From: an uncultured Gammaproteobacteria bacterium | GTDB taxonomy: Bacteria > Patescibacteriota > Microgenomatia > UBA8517 | NCBI GenBank assembly: GCA_964431555.1 | Contig: CAYSJW010000004.1 | Location: 9,951-73,950, forward strand | DNA: 64,000 bases | Direction of reading: 5' to 3' | Shown: positions 7,775 to 17,324 of the stretch, in pieces | Numbering within the stretch: the stretch's first letter is position 1 | How the letters are laid out: each line of letters starts with the position of its first letter | Position numbers and translations under genes: made by a program | The notes under the pieces: generated by a model | Seen by the model: the letters and a program-made list of their open reading frames with translations, nothing else | The model's database searches: none | What the model was told of the DNA's origin: nothing

Positions 7775-8611
7775 TCACTTAAGCGTGTGAACTAATAAAT
7801 ATTTTGTTTCCGCATAACCCCACAGATAATATCCTTCTAAAACAACATTCTTACCAATATTTTTCTCGAATTCCATCCAAACTTCATCATTAAAAGGAGT
7901 AACATTAATCTCTTTTAGGTAAGTTGGTTCCCCAAAAGAAAAGTCTTTGTTTAAATAATCATCATCTAAGATTAGTTTATAATCATAACCTATATCATAC
8001 GAAAGCCTCACAGAATGTTTCAATATTCCTGAAAAGGTAGCCAAAACCATATTATTGATACCGACGAATTCTTCACGATAAGGTTTACACTGTTTCATGT
8101 CTATAGGTGTAATCCTTTCAGGAACTAAAACCGAATTTTTATAACTGTATTGGGTGTTTTTTTGAAATCCTTCAAGAATTAAATTCCATTGAGGTAGTAA
8201 TTTTCCTTCAACTTTAACACATTTTCCCAAATACACCCGACTAAAAAGATCATCAGCCTCTAGGAAAAATCCCAAAATATCCTTATCAAGATTTTCGTTT
8301 TGCAAATCGGTAACCTGATAATTACTTAAATTAAGTTTTAATTTTTTCTTTTCATCCTCATTTAGACCAGAAGTTCTTATAACACCTATGGCAATCACTT
8401 CTCTTTCATTGTCATGCGTATCTCTTACAGTTGAAGGAGAATTTTGATTGGATATTTTAGAATCGGTTAATTTTTTCTCACTTTCAAAAAAATAAAATGA
8501 TTTCTTGGTATTTTCAGTTATGATAGAAAAAATGATAGTCAAGAATAAAAAAAACAATAAAAATAATGACAAAATAAGGTTAAAATTTAAGCCTAATTTT
8601 AACTTCTTCAT
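7775..8611 (-). CDS. Hypothetical membrane-anchored protein with two similar beta-rich modules
   Basis: 278-aa ORF, N-terminal TM, repeated motif YLGKCVKVEG / NIGKNVVLEG. Confidence 0.7.
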   Translation of the reverse strand: MKKLKLGLNFNLILSLFLLFFLFLTIIFSIITENTKKSFYFFESEKKLTDSKISNQNSPSTVRDTHDNEREVIAIGVIRTSGLNEDEKKKLKLNLSNYQVTDLQNENLDKDILGFFLEADDLFSRVYLGKCVKVEGKLLPQWNLILEGFQKNTQYSYKNSVLVPERITPIDMKQCKPYREEFVGINNMVLATFSGILKHSVRLSYDIGYDYKLILDDDYLNKDFSFGEPTYLKEINVTPFNDEVWMEFEKNIGKNVVLEGYYLWGYAETKYLLVHTLK

Positions 8612-8697
8612 AAAATGATTTTACAACAAAATCCCATTTAGCAGAAGGCAATATTTCCCCTATAACACTTTTGTATCTTTTTGTTATTATTAAAGTA

Positions 8698-10362
8698 ATG
8701 CCGGTAAATATAGACTCCTTAACTAAATTAATAGAAGGAAGTAACCTTGTTAAAAAGGCAGATCTTGAGGATGCGCTAAAAGTAGCTAGCCACCTTGGTT
8801 GTGACGTTTCCGATGTTTTAATTGGAAGAAATTTAATAACCGAAGATGATTACGGAAAAATATTAGCTTATCACTACGGTATTTCCTTCATCAACCTTAA
8901 CGACATTGATATTCCCCACGAAGTCATAAATCTAATTCCTGAAGAAATGGCAGCTGAAAGAATGGCGATTATTTTTGAAAATAAAAACAATGTCCTTGGA
9001 GTTGCCCTTTATGACCCTCAGGATCTAGAAACAATAGAAACAATAAAAAAAACTGTAGGTCCTCAATATAAAATTGTTACCTATGTAACCACATCAACAG
9101 GAATAAAAAACGCTCTTAAATCCTATAAACAAAGGGTAATCAATGTTCAACAAACTAAAGGAATGAAAGTTGATGAAACGGGTCTTTCTGCAATCTCGCT
9201 TGTTGAAGATTTTTTAGACTACGCAGTCAGAGAAGAAGCTTCAGATATCCATATAGAACCCATGCCAGAACACATTTTGATAAGAGTTAGAATTGACGGA
9301 GTTTTAACCGATTATAAAGTTCTTTCCATAAATCAACACTCACCAATCACTGCCAGAATCAAAATTCTTTCAAATTTAAAGATAGACGAACAAAGACTTC
9401 CCCAAGATGGACAATTCTCCTACGAAACAAAAACAGGTCAAAAAATTTCTCTAAGGGTTTCTATCATCCCAACCGTCTATGGAGAAAAAACCGTTTTAAG
9501 AGTTCTAAAAACTCAGCAGATCAAATTTAATCTTGATGAACTTGGACTTTTACCCGAAGATCAAAAGGCCGTAAGCAAAATACTCCAAAGAACACACGGA
9601 ATGTTTTTAGTAACCGGACCTACCGGATCTGGTAAAACAACGACTCTTTACACCGTATTAGGTCTTCTTAATCGACCTGATGTAAATATCGTAACCATCG
9701 AAGACCCTGTTGAAAATAGAATATTGAGAGTTAATCAAATTCAAGTTAATCCTGACATCAATCTCACTTTCGCAGCAGGATTAAGATCAATTTTAAGACA
9801 AGATCCCGATATAATAATGGTCGGAGAAATAAGAGACCGCGAAACGGCAATTATTGCAATAAATTCAGCCATGACAGGACATTTGGTTTTTTCATCCGTT
9901 CATGCAAACACAGCTGCTGGTGCGATACCCAGAATGTTAGATCTAGGTTGCGAACCCTTTCTTCTTGCATCCACCTTAAATATGGTAATCGCCCAAAGAC
10001 TAGTAAGAATCCTTTGCCCCAAGTGCAAAGTACAAGTTCCTATAACAAAACCCATCATCGAAAGACTTAAAGAAGTAAAAGGCGGAATATCTCAAGGCGT
10101 AGCCAATGTTTTGACCTGCAATTATGCACCAAAAGGATGTCCACATTGTTTAAACACAGGTTTCAGAGGAAGAGTTGGAATATTTGAGATTCTTTTAATT
10201 GATGACGAAATTAAAGAATTGATTATAGAAAAATCATCCAGCGACAAAATCTGGGACACAGCCAGACTAAAAGGCCCAAAAACAATGCTTGAAGATGGAC
10301 TTATCAAAGTTTCAAAAGGAATTACCTCAATCGAGGAAGTATTCAGAGTTATATCCGAATAG
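8698..10362 (+). CDS. pilB: Type IV pilus/T2SS assembly ATPase (PilB/GspE family)
   Basis: ASDIHIEP, RLPQDG, Walker A GPTGSGKT, LRQDPD..VGEIRD, TGHLV..H, CPKC..CPHC. ATG at 8698 preferred. Confidence 0.93.
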   Translation: MPVNIDSLTKLIEGSNLVKKADLEDALKVASHLGCDVSDVLIGRNLITEDDYGKILAYHYGISFINLNDIDIPHEVINLIPEEMAAERMAIIFENKNNVLGVALYDPQDLETIETIKKTVGPQYKIVTYVTTSTGIKNALKSYKQRVINVQQTKGMKVDETGLSAISLVEDFLDYAVREEASDIHIEPMPEHILIRVRIDGVLTDYKVLSINQHSPITARIKILSNLKIDEQRLPQDGQFSYETKTGQKISLRVSIIPTVYGEKTVLRVLKTQQIKFNLDELGLLPEDQKAVSKILQRTHGMFLVTGPTGSGKTTTLYTVLGLLNRPDVNIVTIEDPVENRILRVNQIQVNPDINLTFAAGLRSILRQDPDIIMVGEIRDRETAIIAINSAMTGHLVFSSVHANTAAGAIPRMLDLGCEPFLLASTLNMVIAQRLVRILCPKCKVQVPITKPIIERLKEVKGGISQGVANVLTCNYAPKGCPHCLNTGFRGRVGIFEILLIDDEIKELIIEKSSSDKIWDTARLKGPKTMLEDGLIKVSKGITSIEEVFRVISE

Positions 10363-10383
10363 AAAATGTACTAAAATAAATCC

Positions 10384-11592
10384 ATGCCTGAGTTCATTTA
10401 CGAAATATCAAATGAAAAGGAATCACAAAGAGGTAGAATAAATGCTGAATCCATCACAGAAGCCGCTCTACAGATAAAAAAACCGGGTTGGTTCATTACA
10501 GAACTCCAAGATACGAGAAAGGTTAAAAAATTTCTTCCCTTTTTAGAATCTAAACCCAAATTTCCTCTTTATGACAAGATAAACTTTACTGACCATCTCG
10601 CTTCATCAATTGGAGCCGGAACTCCAATACAGGAAGCTCTTGACGCGTACGTCGAGGAAGGGGATAGAAAATCCGAAATCATTGACACAATCAGCAAAGA
10701 CATACAAAGAGGAAAAAGACTCTCCGAAGCAATGGCTCAATATCCCTCTATCTTCTCGCCACTGTACATAGCAATGGTGCAGGCTGGAGAAATCACGGGA
10801 AGTCTGGACGAAACTCTGGAATACCTTGCTAACGAATTAAGACGAGAGCACGATTTTATTTCCAAAGTAAAATCAGCTCTATTTTATCCAATAATAGTGC
10901 TTTGTGTTTCTTTAATAGTAGTTATCGTAGTAATAGGTTTTGTCGTGCCAAAGATGGTAGAAATAATGAAAAACTTCGGAGGAGAACTTCCAGCCTTAAC
11001 AAAAATTTTAATGTCTGTCGCCCAATTTTTAGTCAACTTCCGATTATATATTCTTCTATCAATTATAACAATCATAGGTATTTTTATTTATCTTTTTACC
11101 AACGAAAAAATCAGAGTCTATATTAATGCTAAATTAACAAGATTCCCTCTGGTTGGACAAATTATACGACAGTTTATTCTTGCAAGATTTTTAAGAATTA
11201 TCGGAGGTTGCATCAGATATGGAATTCAACTTCCCAAGGCAATCGAACTATCAGCCAGTATAGTCAATAATGTCTTATACAAAGAGGCTTGCGAAAACAT
11301 TAACAAAAAGATTATCAAAGGACAAAACTTCTCATCGGCACTATCTGATGAAGACAAAGAATTATTTCCTCCAATTATTTCTCGAACTATACGAGGAGGT
11401 GAAAGAACAAGTAAAGTAGATGCCGGTTTAATAAGATTATCTTTATACTACGAAGCTGAAGTAGACAGAAATCTTAAACGCCTTACAGAATTAATTGAAC
11501 CAGTAATGGTAATCGTTTTAGGAGTTTTTGTTGCACTAATAGCTATAGCTGTGATATCACCCATTTATCAAATGACATCCAGAATCCAATAG
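10384..11592 (+). CDS. pilC: Type IV pilus platform protein (PilC/GspF)
   Basis: GE.TG.LD, ALFYP, LPALT, LIEP, 3 TM helices. Confidence 0.92.
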   Translation: MPEFIYEISNEKESQRGRINAESITEAALQIKKPGWFITELQDTRKVKKFLPFLESKPKFPLYDKINFTDHLASSIGAGTPIQEALDAYVEEGDRKSEIIDTISKDIQRGKRLSEAMAQYPSIFSPLYIAMVQAGEITGSLDETLEYLANELRREHDFISKVKSALFYPIIVLCVSLIVVIVVIGFVVPKMVEIMKNFGGELPALTKILMSVAQFLVNFRLYILLSIITIIGIFIYLFTNEKIRVYINAKLTRFPLVGQIIRQFILARFLRIIGGCIRYGIQLPKAIELSASIVNNVLYKEACENINKKIIKGQNFSSALSDEDKELFPPIISRTIRGGERTSKVDAGLIRLSLYYEAEVDRNLKRLTELIEPVMVIVLGVFVALIAIAVISPIYQMTSRIQ

Positions 11593-11593
11593 A

Positions 11594-12106
11594 ATGAAAG
11601 GTTTTAGCTTAATTGAGTTAATAATCGCTATCGCAATTATTTCCTTCCTTTCAACAATCGGTGTTAACACCTTTATTAATTTTAAAAACGAAACTTCAAT
11701 TGATAATCTCGCATATGAACTTATATCTGATATCAAACTTGCCAGAAATAAAAGTATGAACGGAGAACTCTTAAAAGATGAAACAGAGGAAAACTTCATT
11801 CCGAACAATCTTCCGCGTTATGGATTAAAAATGAAAAAAGACACATACCAAATAGTAAGACAGTGTTCAAAAACCGATGGCACAACATGTGATACAGAAA
11901 ATTTGGAAAATTTAGAATATACCGATGACTTTAAAATAAGGTCAATTAGTTCACTCTATATTTTAGATCCGGAGATTGATTTTTTCTTTGAGAGAATAAC
12001 GGGAAAAAGTGATCCAATCACTATTACTCTAAAAGAAAAAAGTGCAAAATATGGAAGAAAAATAGAAATATCATCAGATTTCATAATCAAAATCTCAAAG
12101 ATATAA
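11594..12106 (+). CDS. Minor pilin (FimT/GspH-like)
   Basis: Prepilin motif KG|FSLIELII. Confidence 0.85.
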   Translation: MKGFSLIELIIAIAIISFLSTIGVNTFINFKNETSIDNLAYELISDIKLARNKSMNGELLKDETEENFIPNNLPRYGLKMKKDTYQIVRQCSKTDGTTCDTENLENLEYTDDFKIRSISSLYILDPEIDFFFERITGKSDPITITLKEKSAKYGRKIEISSDFIIKISKI

Positions 12107-12109
12107 TCT

Positions 12110-12592
12110 ATGAACCAAAAAGGATTTACACTTATAGAGCTTCTTTTTGCAATTGCTCTATCTGCACTTTTTTTACCTGCTTTGGTTTTCGTTTATTCAT
12201 TCTCATTGGGAGCCGCAAGTCAAGGGGAAAACTACACACAAGCATATGCTTTGGCTCAAGAGTATATGGAGGCAATATACTACATTAAAAAAAATTCGCC
12301 CAATGAATGGGATTGGATATCAAAACCAGAAAATACCCTTGACGGAGAATACTACCAACCTTATAAATCTGGTGGTGTTTGGGTTCTGGGACCCAAAAAC
12401 CCACCACCACAAGAGATTAATGGATACAATGTCTTTGTTGAAATCAAAGAAATCAGAAGAAATGAGCAAGGTGATATTGATGAAGCCGGTAATATCGACC
12501 ATAAATCAAGAAAGATTATCATAACAGTAAAATGGAAAGAAAAAGGAAATGATACCTCAATCGATCTAGTTTCATATGTTACTAAACATTAA
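12110..12592 (+). CDS. Minor pilin (PilV/GspI-like)
   Basis: KG|FTLIELL; A..LAQEYME; C-terminal ITVKW. Confidence 0.85.
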   Translation: MNQKGFTLIELLFAIALSALFLPALVFVYSFSLGAASQGENYTQAYALAQEYMEAIYYIKKNSPNEWDWISKPENTLDGEYYQPYKSGGVWVLGPKNPPPQEINGYNVFVEIKEIRRNEQGDIDEAGNIDHKSRKIIITVKWKEKGNDTSIDLVSYVTKH

Positions 12593-13097
12593 AAATAATT
12601 TTAAAAATAAGTATAAAGGTTTTACCTTGGTTGAAATATTGATTGCCGTTGCAATTACAGGAATTATATCGATAATTTCTATACAAGGTCTTTTTGATAT
12701 AATTTCTATTCGCGCTAAACAACAGTCTATCGAAGAATCATCCGAAAATTTCAGAATAATTATAAGAGCTCTCAGCAAGGCTGCAACCGAATCGATAAAT
12801 ATTGACATACCCAATATAAACGAAATTCGCATAACCGGTGAAAAAGAATGTCAAACGATAAAATATAATTCTGTAAATAAATCTTTAGAAAAAGCACTAG
12901 TTTCACAAAATCCCTGCATCCCTCCAGATTCAAATTTTCAAACCATAACCAATAGCGAAATAACAATTACAAAATTTTCTTTATCCCCCATAGGCCAGAA
13001 TGTTAAACTTATCCTTCTTGAAGTTGAAGGATATTATAAAAATTCATTAGGAGATCATCCCATAAAATATACAACCACCATAACCAAAAGAATATGA
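12576..13097 (+). CDS. Minor pilin (PilW/GspJ-like)
   Basis: KG|FTLVEILI. Confidence 0.85.
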   Translation: MLLNIKNNFKNKYKGFTLVEILIAVAITGIISIISIQGLFDIISIRAKQQSIEESSENFRIIIRALSKAATESINIDIPNINEIRITGEKECQTIKYNSVNKSLEKALVSQNPCIPPDSNFQTITNSEITITKFSLSPIGQNVKLILLEVEGYYKNSLGDHPIKYTTTITKRI

Positions 13098-14515
13098 ATA
13101 TAAATATAAATTCCAAAGGTCAAGCAGCTATACTAATAATTTTTGTCATAGGAATGGTTGGTCTTTTAATTGGGTTAACTTTATCCAAAACAGGTTTTAC
13201 AGAATCTATGATGGGTCGAGGTACTGCTGGCTCAACCAAAGCGTTTTACATAGCAAACGCAGGAATAGAGGATGCATTTTACAAAATAATTCAAGCAGAT
13301 TCAAAAGGAGAGGACTTCGAAGATGTTGACGGTTATAACTTAGATGTCGGAGAAGGTGAAGCAAAAATAACCGTTGTAAATCAAATTAACGGCGATGAAA
13401 AAGAAAAAATCATTACCTCATCGGGAAAATACAAAAATTTTCTCAGAAATATTCAAGTTAAGGCTTACAATACGAAAATCAATCCCGAATTTACAAAAAT
13501 TATTCAAGTCGGGTATGGCGGGATAGAAATAGAAAATAATGTCAAAATTAGCGCCAAAAAAGATGGCCAAGAATATGCAGGCGGGAATATTTACTCAAAC
13601 AGTTTTATAAGAGGAAAAAGTAACTCAAGCAAAGACGGAAAATGTCAAGAACCATCTTCCTTCATAAACGGCAACGCTGTGGCTGTGGATATCATAGATA
13701 AGCTGGGAAATAGCGGAGATGGGCCTTGTATTTCAGGAAATGCCTTTTCCGGAAACTTAAATTATTGTGAAGTTCTTGGAGATTATGCTTATTCTTATTC
13801 GGGTTACAATAGCAATTGTCCAATAAGCGAAGAAAAAAGATGCGATCCATCATTAGATCCTTTAAATTGCATAGTACCTGAACCAATTAATCTCCCTGAT
13901 ATAAAACCAGAAAAAATTAAAAAATATATCGAAAACTACGGAGAAACGTACAATGGTGATTGCAAAATAGGTGGCACTAATGATTGTTCATCAAATAAAG
14001 GAGGTAAAAAATATCTTGGTTTCAAAGTTATAAACGGAAATTTGACTATAAATTCAGATATATATTTTTCTGGTCCTGTCTGGGTAAAAGGCAATCTTAT
14101 AATTAATTCAAACAAAACTATATTTTTGGCTGAAGAAGTAAAAGACATAACAAGTTTAATCATTTTGGTAAGCGGAAAGATTGAAACAGAATCCAATGTA
14201 ACCTTTGAATCGGGAGGAAAATCTTACCTTCTTTTGGCTTCCGAATATAAAGATATTAGTAACCCCCTTTGTAACGATTCCGACGGAAATGCAATAACAA
14301 TTAATGCAAATGTAAAAAGTATCTTATTTTATGCAATTAAAGGATGCGCCATTGTCAAGCCAACTGCAGGAAAGGAATTCTTCGGTGCTATTATTGCGGA
14401 AGCAGCCTTATTAAAACAAAATGTCAATCTTTACTACGATCCGAATTTACAAAATTCAATTATCTTATTAAGCCAAGAGGAGCCTTGGAAAATTTCGTCA
14501 TTTACAGAGCTCTAA
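13094..14515 (+). CDS. PilX/GspK-like large minor pilin with a Cys-rich, beta-helix-like C-terminal domain
   Basis: KG|QAAIL (no Glu5), AFYIANAGIEDA, repeated V.GNL.I motifs, many Cys. Confidence 0.8.
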   Translation: MNININSKGQAAILIIFVIGMVGLLIGLTLSKTGFTESMMGRGTAGSTKAFYIANAGIEDAFYKIIQADSKGEDFEDVDGYNLDVGEGEAKITVVNQINGDEKEKIITSSGKYKNFLRNIQVKAYNTKINPEFTKIIQVGYGGIEIENNVKISAKKDGQEYAGGNIYSNSFIRGKSNSSKDGKCQEPSSFINGNAVAVDIIDKLGNSGDGPCISGNAFSGNLNYCEVLGDYAYSYSGYNSNCPISEEKRCDPSLDPLNCIVPEPINLPDIKPEKIKKYIENYGETYNGDCKIGGTNDCSSNKGGKKYLGFKVINGNLTINSDIYFSGPVWVKGNLIINSNKTIFLAEEVKDITSLIILVSGKIETESNVTFESGGKSYLLLASEYKDISNPLCNDSDGNAITINANVKSILFYAIKGCAIVKPTAGKEFFGAIIAEAALLKQNVNLYYDPNLQNSIILLSQEEPWKISSFTEL

Positions 14516-14565
14516 TTTTTACTAATAATTAATTAAACAATAATTTATAAAATTTTTACATTTAT

Positions 14566-16005
14566 ATGAACTATTATATAGGAGCTGAATTAAATGGAAA
14601 TCTTCTTAAAATTGCTGTCTTCAAAAAGACAAGGCAGGTTTTTGAAATCATCAAACTTGACAGTATCAATCTCCCGAATGATCCTGATGAAGCAAGCAAA
14701 GAATTAAGATTTTGGCTAAATCGAAACCTTTCCGAACCAAGTTCTATCAAGGTTGTCTTAACCGTTTCCGAATCTATCCTCTACATCAAAGAAATGGAGT
14801 TTCCAAAAATGTCTCCAGAAAAATTAAATGAGGCTATTTACTGGGAACTTCCTTCAATTGCTCCTATTCCTCAATCAGATGCTGTCTATGACTGGAAAAA
14901 AATCTCCGAGCAAAAAGGAAGCTATAACATAGTAGTATTAGTAGGAAAAAGTAGCTATATTCAAAACATTATTTCCATATTCAGAAATGCTCAAATGGAA
15001 GTAGTTGTTATTGAACCATCTTCTTATGCTTTTGCCAGAATTGCCAATGCTCCATTTGACTCAAATACCCTTTTATGTCTAGTTCAAGAACAGGGAATGG
15101 ATTTTATTATCTTAAAATACGGAGTGCCCTTCTTTACCACTTCAATAACAGGCAACACACAAGTCGAAAAGCTGTCAAAAATCAAAACTGGAACTGACTT
15201 AACAAATGAAATAGTCAACGAAGGCAAAAAAATAATCACCTACTGGGAAAATAAAGAAAACCTCAAAATTAACCAGGTTGTTGTTTCAGGTGATTTAGTT
15301 TACAAATATTTCGGACTATCAGCTACATTAAATATCTTTCCTCCAATAACAACCTACATAGGAACCATCAAAAGAATAAGAGCCCTTAAAACAAATGAAT
15401 ACAACGACCTTGTTCTTGTAACTCACCTTGTAAGCATTGGCGCTGGTATAAGGTTCCTACAAAAAGATGTCTATGAAGGAATTAATCTTTTTTCTCAAGA
15501 AGAAAAGCTTAAAAACGAAAAAATAAGACTACAGAAAAAGATTACATCGCACCTCATGTCATTTGTCTACACAAATATTGTAATTTTACTTCTTCTCTTC
15601 ATAAGCATCCTCGCTTTAAATCTTTGGAATTACTCTTTGGAGAAAAAATTTACTAAACTGAACCTAAATCTTTCTTCAAAAATGTCATCGGCTTTAATTC
15701 AAAATGTAAACAAAATAAACAACAACATTAAAAGCGTGATTTCCTTAACCCGGGAGCAAGAAGATAGTGGAGCAAAATTAAAAACAATTTCCGATCTGGT
15801 ACCACAGACAATTAAACTTACATCTGTAAATTTATCATCAACCAAATCCCGTGAATGGACAATTGAAGGAATTGGAGATAGAAATACCATCTTGGCTTTT
15901 TACAAAATTCTTAAAGAAAAAACTGACGCAACTTTCATTTCCATGCCCTACAGCAATTTCAATAAAGAAACTGAGAATGAATTTTCAATAACCCTAGTTT
16001 GGTAA
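14566..16005 (+). CDS. PilM-PilN fusion-like alignment protein
   Basis: Actin-like N-terminus (YIGAEL..LKIA, EP.S.A.AR, VVVSG), internal INL motif, TM helix, PilN-like C-terminus (LTSV..IEG..F.ITL). Confidence 0.7.
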   Translation: MNYYIGAELNGNLLKIAVFKKTRQVFEIIKLDSINLPNDPDEASKELRFWLNRNLSEPSSIKVVLTVSESILYIKEMEFPKMSPEKLNEAIYWELPSIAPIPQSDAVYDWKKISEQKGSYNIVVLVGKSSYIQNIISIFRNAQMEVVVIEPSSYAFARIANAPFDSNTLLCLVQEQGMDFIILKYGVPFFTTSITGNTQVEKLSKIKTGTDLTNEIVNEGKKIITYWENKENLKINQVVVSGDLVYKYFGLSATLNIFPPITTYIGTIKRIRALKTNEYNDLVLVTHLVSIGAGIRFLQKDVYEGINLFSQEEKLKNEKIRLQKKITSHLMSFVYTNIVILLLLFISILALNLWNYSLEKKFTKLNLNLSSKMSSALIQNVNKINNNIKSVISLTREQEDSGAKLKTISDLVPQTIKLTSVNLSSTKSREWTIEGIGDRNTILAFYKILKEKTDATFISMPYSNFNKETENEFSITLVW

Positions 16006-16006
16006 A

Positions 16007-16522
16007 ATGATGGCAAATACTCAAAATAAGCTAAAATTTACTACAATCGCGCTTTTTACGTCGTTCATAACGATAATTATAGGCCTAAATATCTTGAAAG
16101 GGATAGTTTCTAAAGTTAAAACTAGTAAATTAAAGGTTGCAGAGATTAATCGCGACATATCACTTATTGACAAAGTTAATGACGATGTCAAAAAATATGA
16201 AAGTGAAATTAAAGAAATTGTAAATACCCTTCCTCATGAATACTACGAACTTTCCTTTTTTAACTCGCAGATTGAAAATATAGCAAAGGAAAACAACTTA
16301 ACCCTAGATATACAAGCAGATAAAGAGAAAAAGGAAGAAAAAGAACTTTATGACTCAATAGGATATTCAATTTCGATGACGGGAAAATACTTATCGTTTG
16401 CCAATTTTTTAAGCCAGATGTCAAAATTACCTTATCATACAAAGATTGACAAAATTAATATTTTCAATGAAGAAGGAGTCTTAACAGCCAAAATAAATTT
16501 CAGAATTTTTGTACAAAAATGA
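16007..16522 (+). CDS. PilO-like protein
   Basis: N-terminal TM, coiled coil, LP..G.Y..F.NFL..M.KLP. Confidence 0.75.
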   Translation: MMANTQNKLKFTTIALFTSFITIIIGLNILKGIVSKVKTSKLKVAEINRDISLIDKVNDDVKKYESEIKEIVNTLPHEYYELSFFNSQIENIAKENNLTLDIQADKEKKEEKELYDSIGYSISMTGKYLSFANFLSQMSKLPYHTKIDKINIFNEEGVLTAKINFRIFVQK

Positions 16523-16773
16523 AAAAAACGGAAATAAGATTAATAATTTTAGTTATTTATTTACAAATAGTTCTCATCATCTACTTTATTTCACTTTATC
16601 CTGCTTTGGAAAAACCTAAAAATTTACCACCCACCCAGATACCACTTCTTTCCACAGCAAATTTGAAAGAGGCTCAAAATCTTCTGTCAAACAAAGGAAA
16701 GGTATGGATTTCATACCCCCAAGAACCTGATATTTCATCCTATACTTTCGGCCAATCCGATCCCATAAAATAG
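16519..16773 (+). CDS. Small membrane-anchored pilus-associated protein
   Basis: 84 aa, N-terminal TM, 4-bp overlap with pilO, C-terminal G.SDP. Confidence 0.6.
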   Translation: MKKTEIRLIILVIYLQIVLIIYFISLYPALEKPKNLPPTQIPLLSTANLKEAQNLLSNKGKVWISYPQEPDISSYTFGQSDPIK

Positions 16774-16788
16774 TCAAAAGAATATCAA

Positions 16789-17319
16789 ATGAAAAAAAAT
16801 ATTATTATTTTAAACTTTTTACTCGAAAAGGGCATGACTTTGATTGAAATTTTAATAGTTATCGGAATAATATCCGTTTTATCAGTTGTCTTAATAACCG
16901 CCATAAATCCCGTAGAATCGGGTAGAAAATCAAGAGATGCCAAAAGAATATCCGATTTATCAACCATAAAAAGAGCTATTGACATGGCTTTGGCAGATAA
17001 ACAAAAACTAGCAATTACCTCGTCAATAGAGATTACATCTACAAATATCGGAGGTTTGGATATAAGCAAATATTTGCCTGCGATTCCAAAAGATCCATCA
17101 CGTAATTCTGGCAATAATGTTAGGGTTTTGATTTTAAACAGTGGAAATTGTGAGAGTGGTTCTTCAAACGGTCCAATGCTCTATGAATTCGTAAGTGACG
17201 GAGATTTTTACACAATTAGAACAAGATTTGAATCGCTTAGCAATTGCGATCTCCTAAAAAATGACGGTAATCAAAATAATTATTATGAACTCGGTACAAA
17301 ACTAAACCTTTTCCCTTAA
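16789..17319 (+). CDS. Pilin / GspG-like pseudopilin
   Basis: KG|MTLIEILI, INP..SRDAKRISDL, YLP.IPKDP. Confidence 0.85.
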   Translation: MKKNIIILNFLLEKGMTLIEILIVIGIISVLSVVLITAINPVESGRKSRDAKRISDLSTIKRAIDMALADKQKLAITSSIEITSTNIGGLDISKYLPAIPKDPSRNSGNNVRVLILNSGNCESGSSNGPMLYEFVSDGDFYTIRTRFESLSNCDLLKNDGNQNNYYELGTKLNLFP

Positions 17320-17324
17320 TTTTA

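Noticed and set aside
1575-8697. Integron cassette array or prophage among the short accessory genes
   Set aside because: Mixed orientations, no attC-like RYYYAAC..GTTRRRY boundaries, and no integrase or phage genes
12147-12524. 125-aa alternate-frame ORF in a pilin gene, and similar 60-150 aa nested or antisense ORFs (e.g. 27224-27673, 35798-36175, 48697-49146, 63338-63697)
   Set aside because: Fully overlapped by well-supported genes, no recognisable motifs, composition typical of shadow frames
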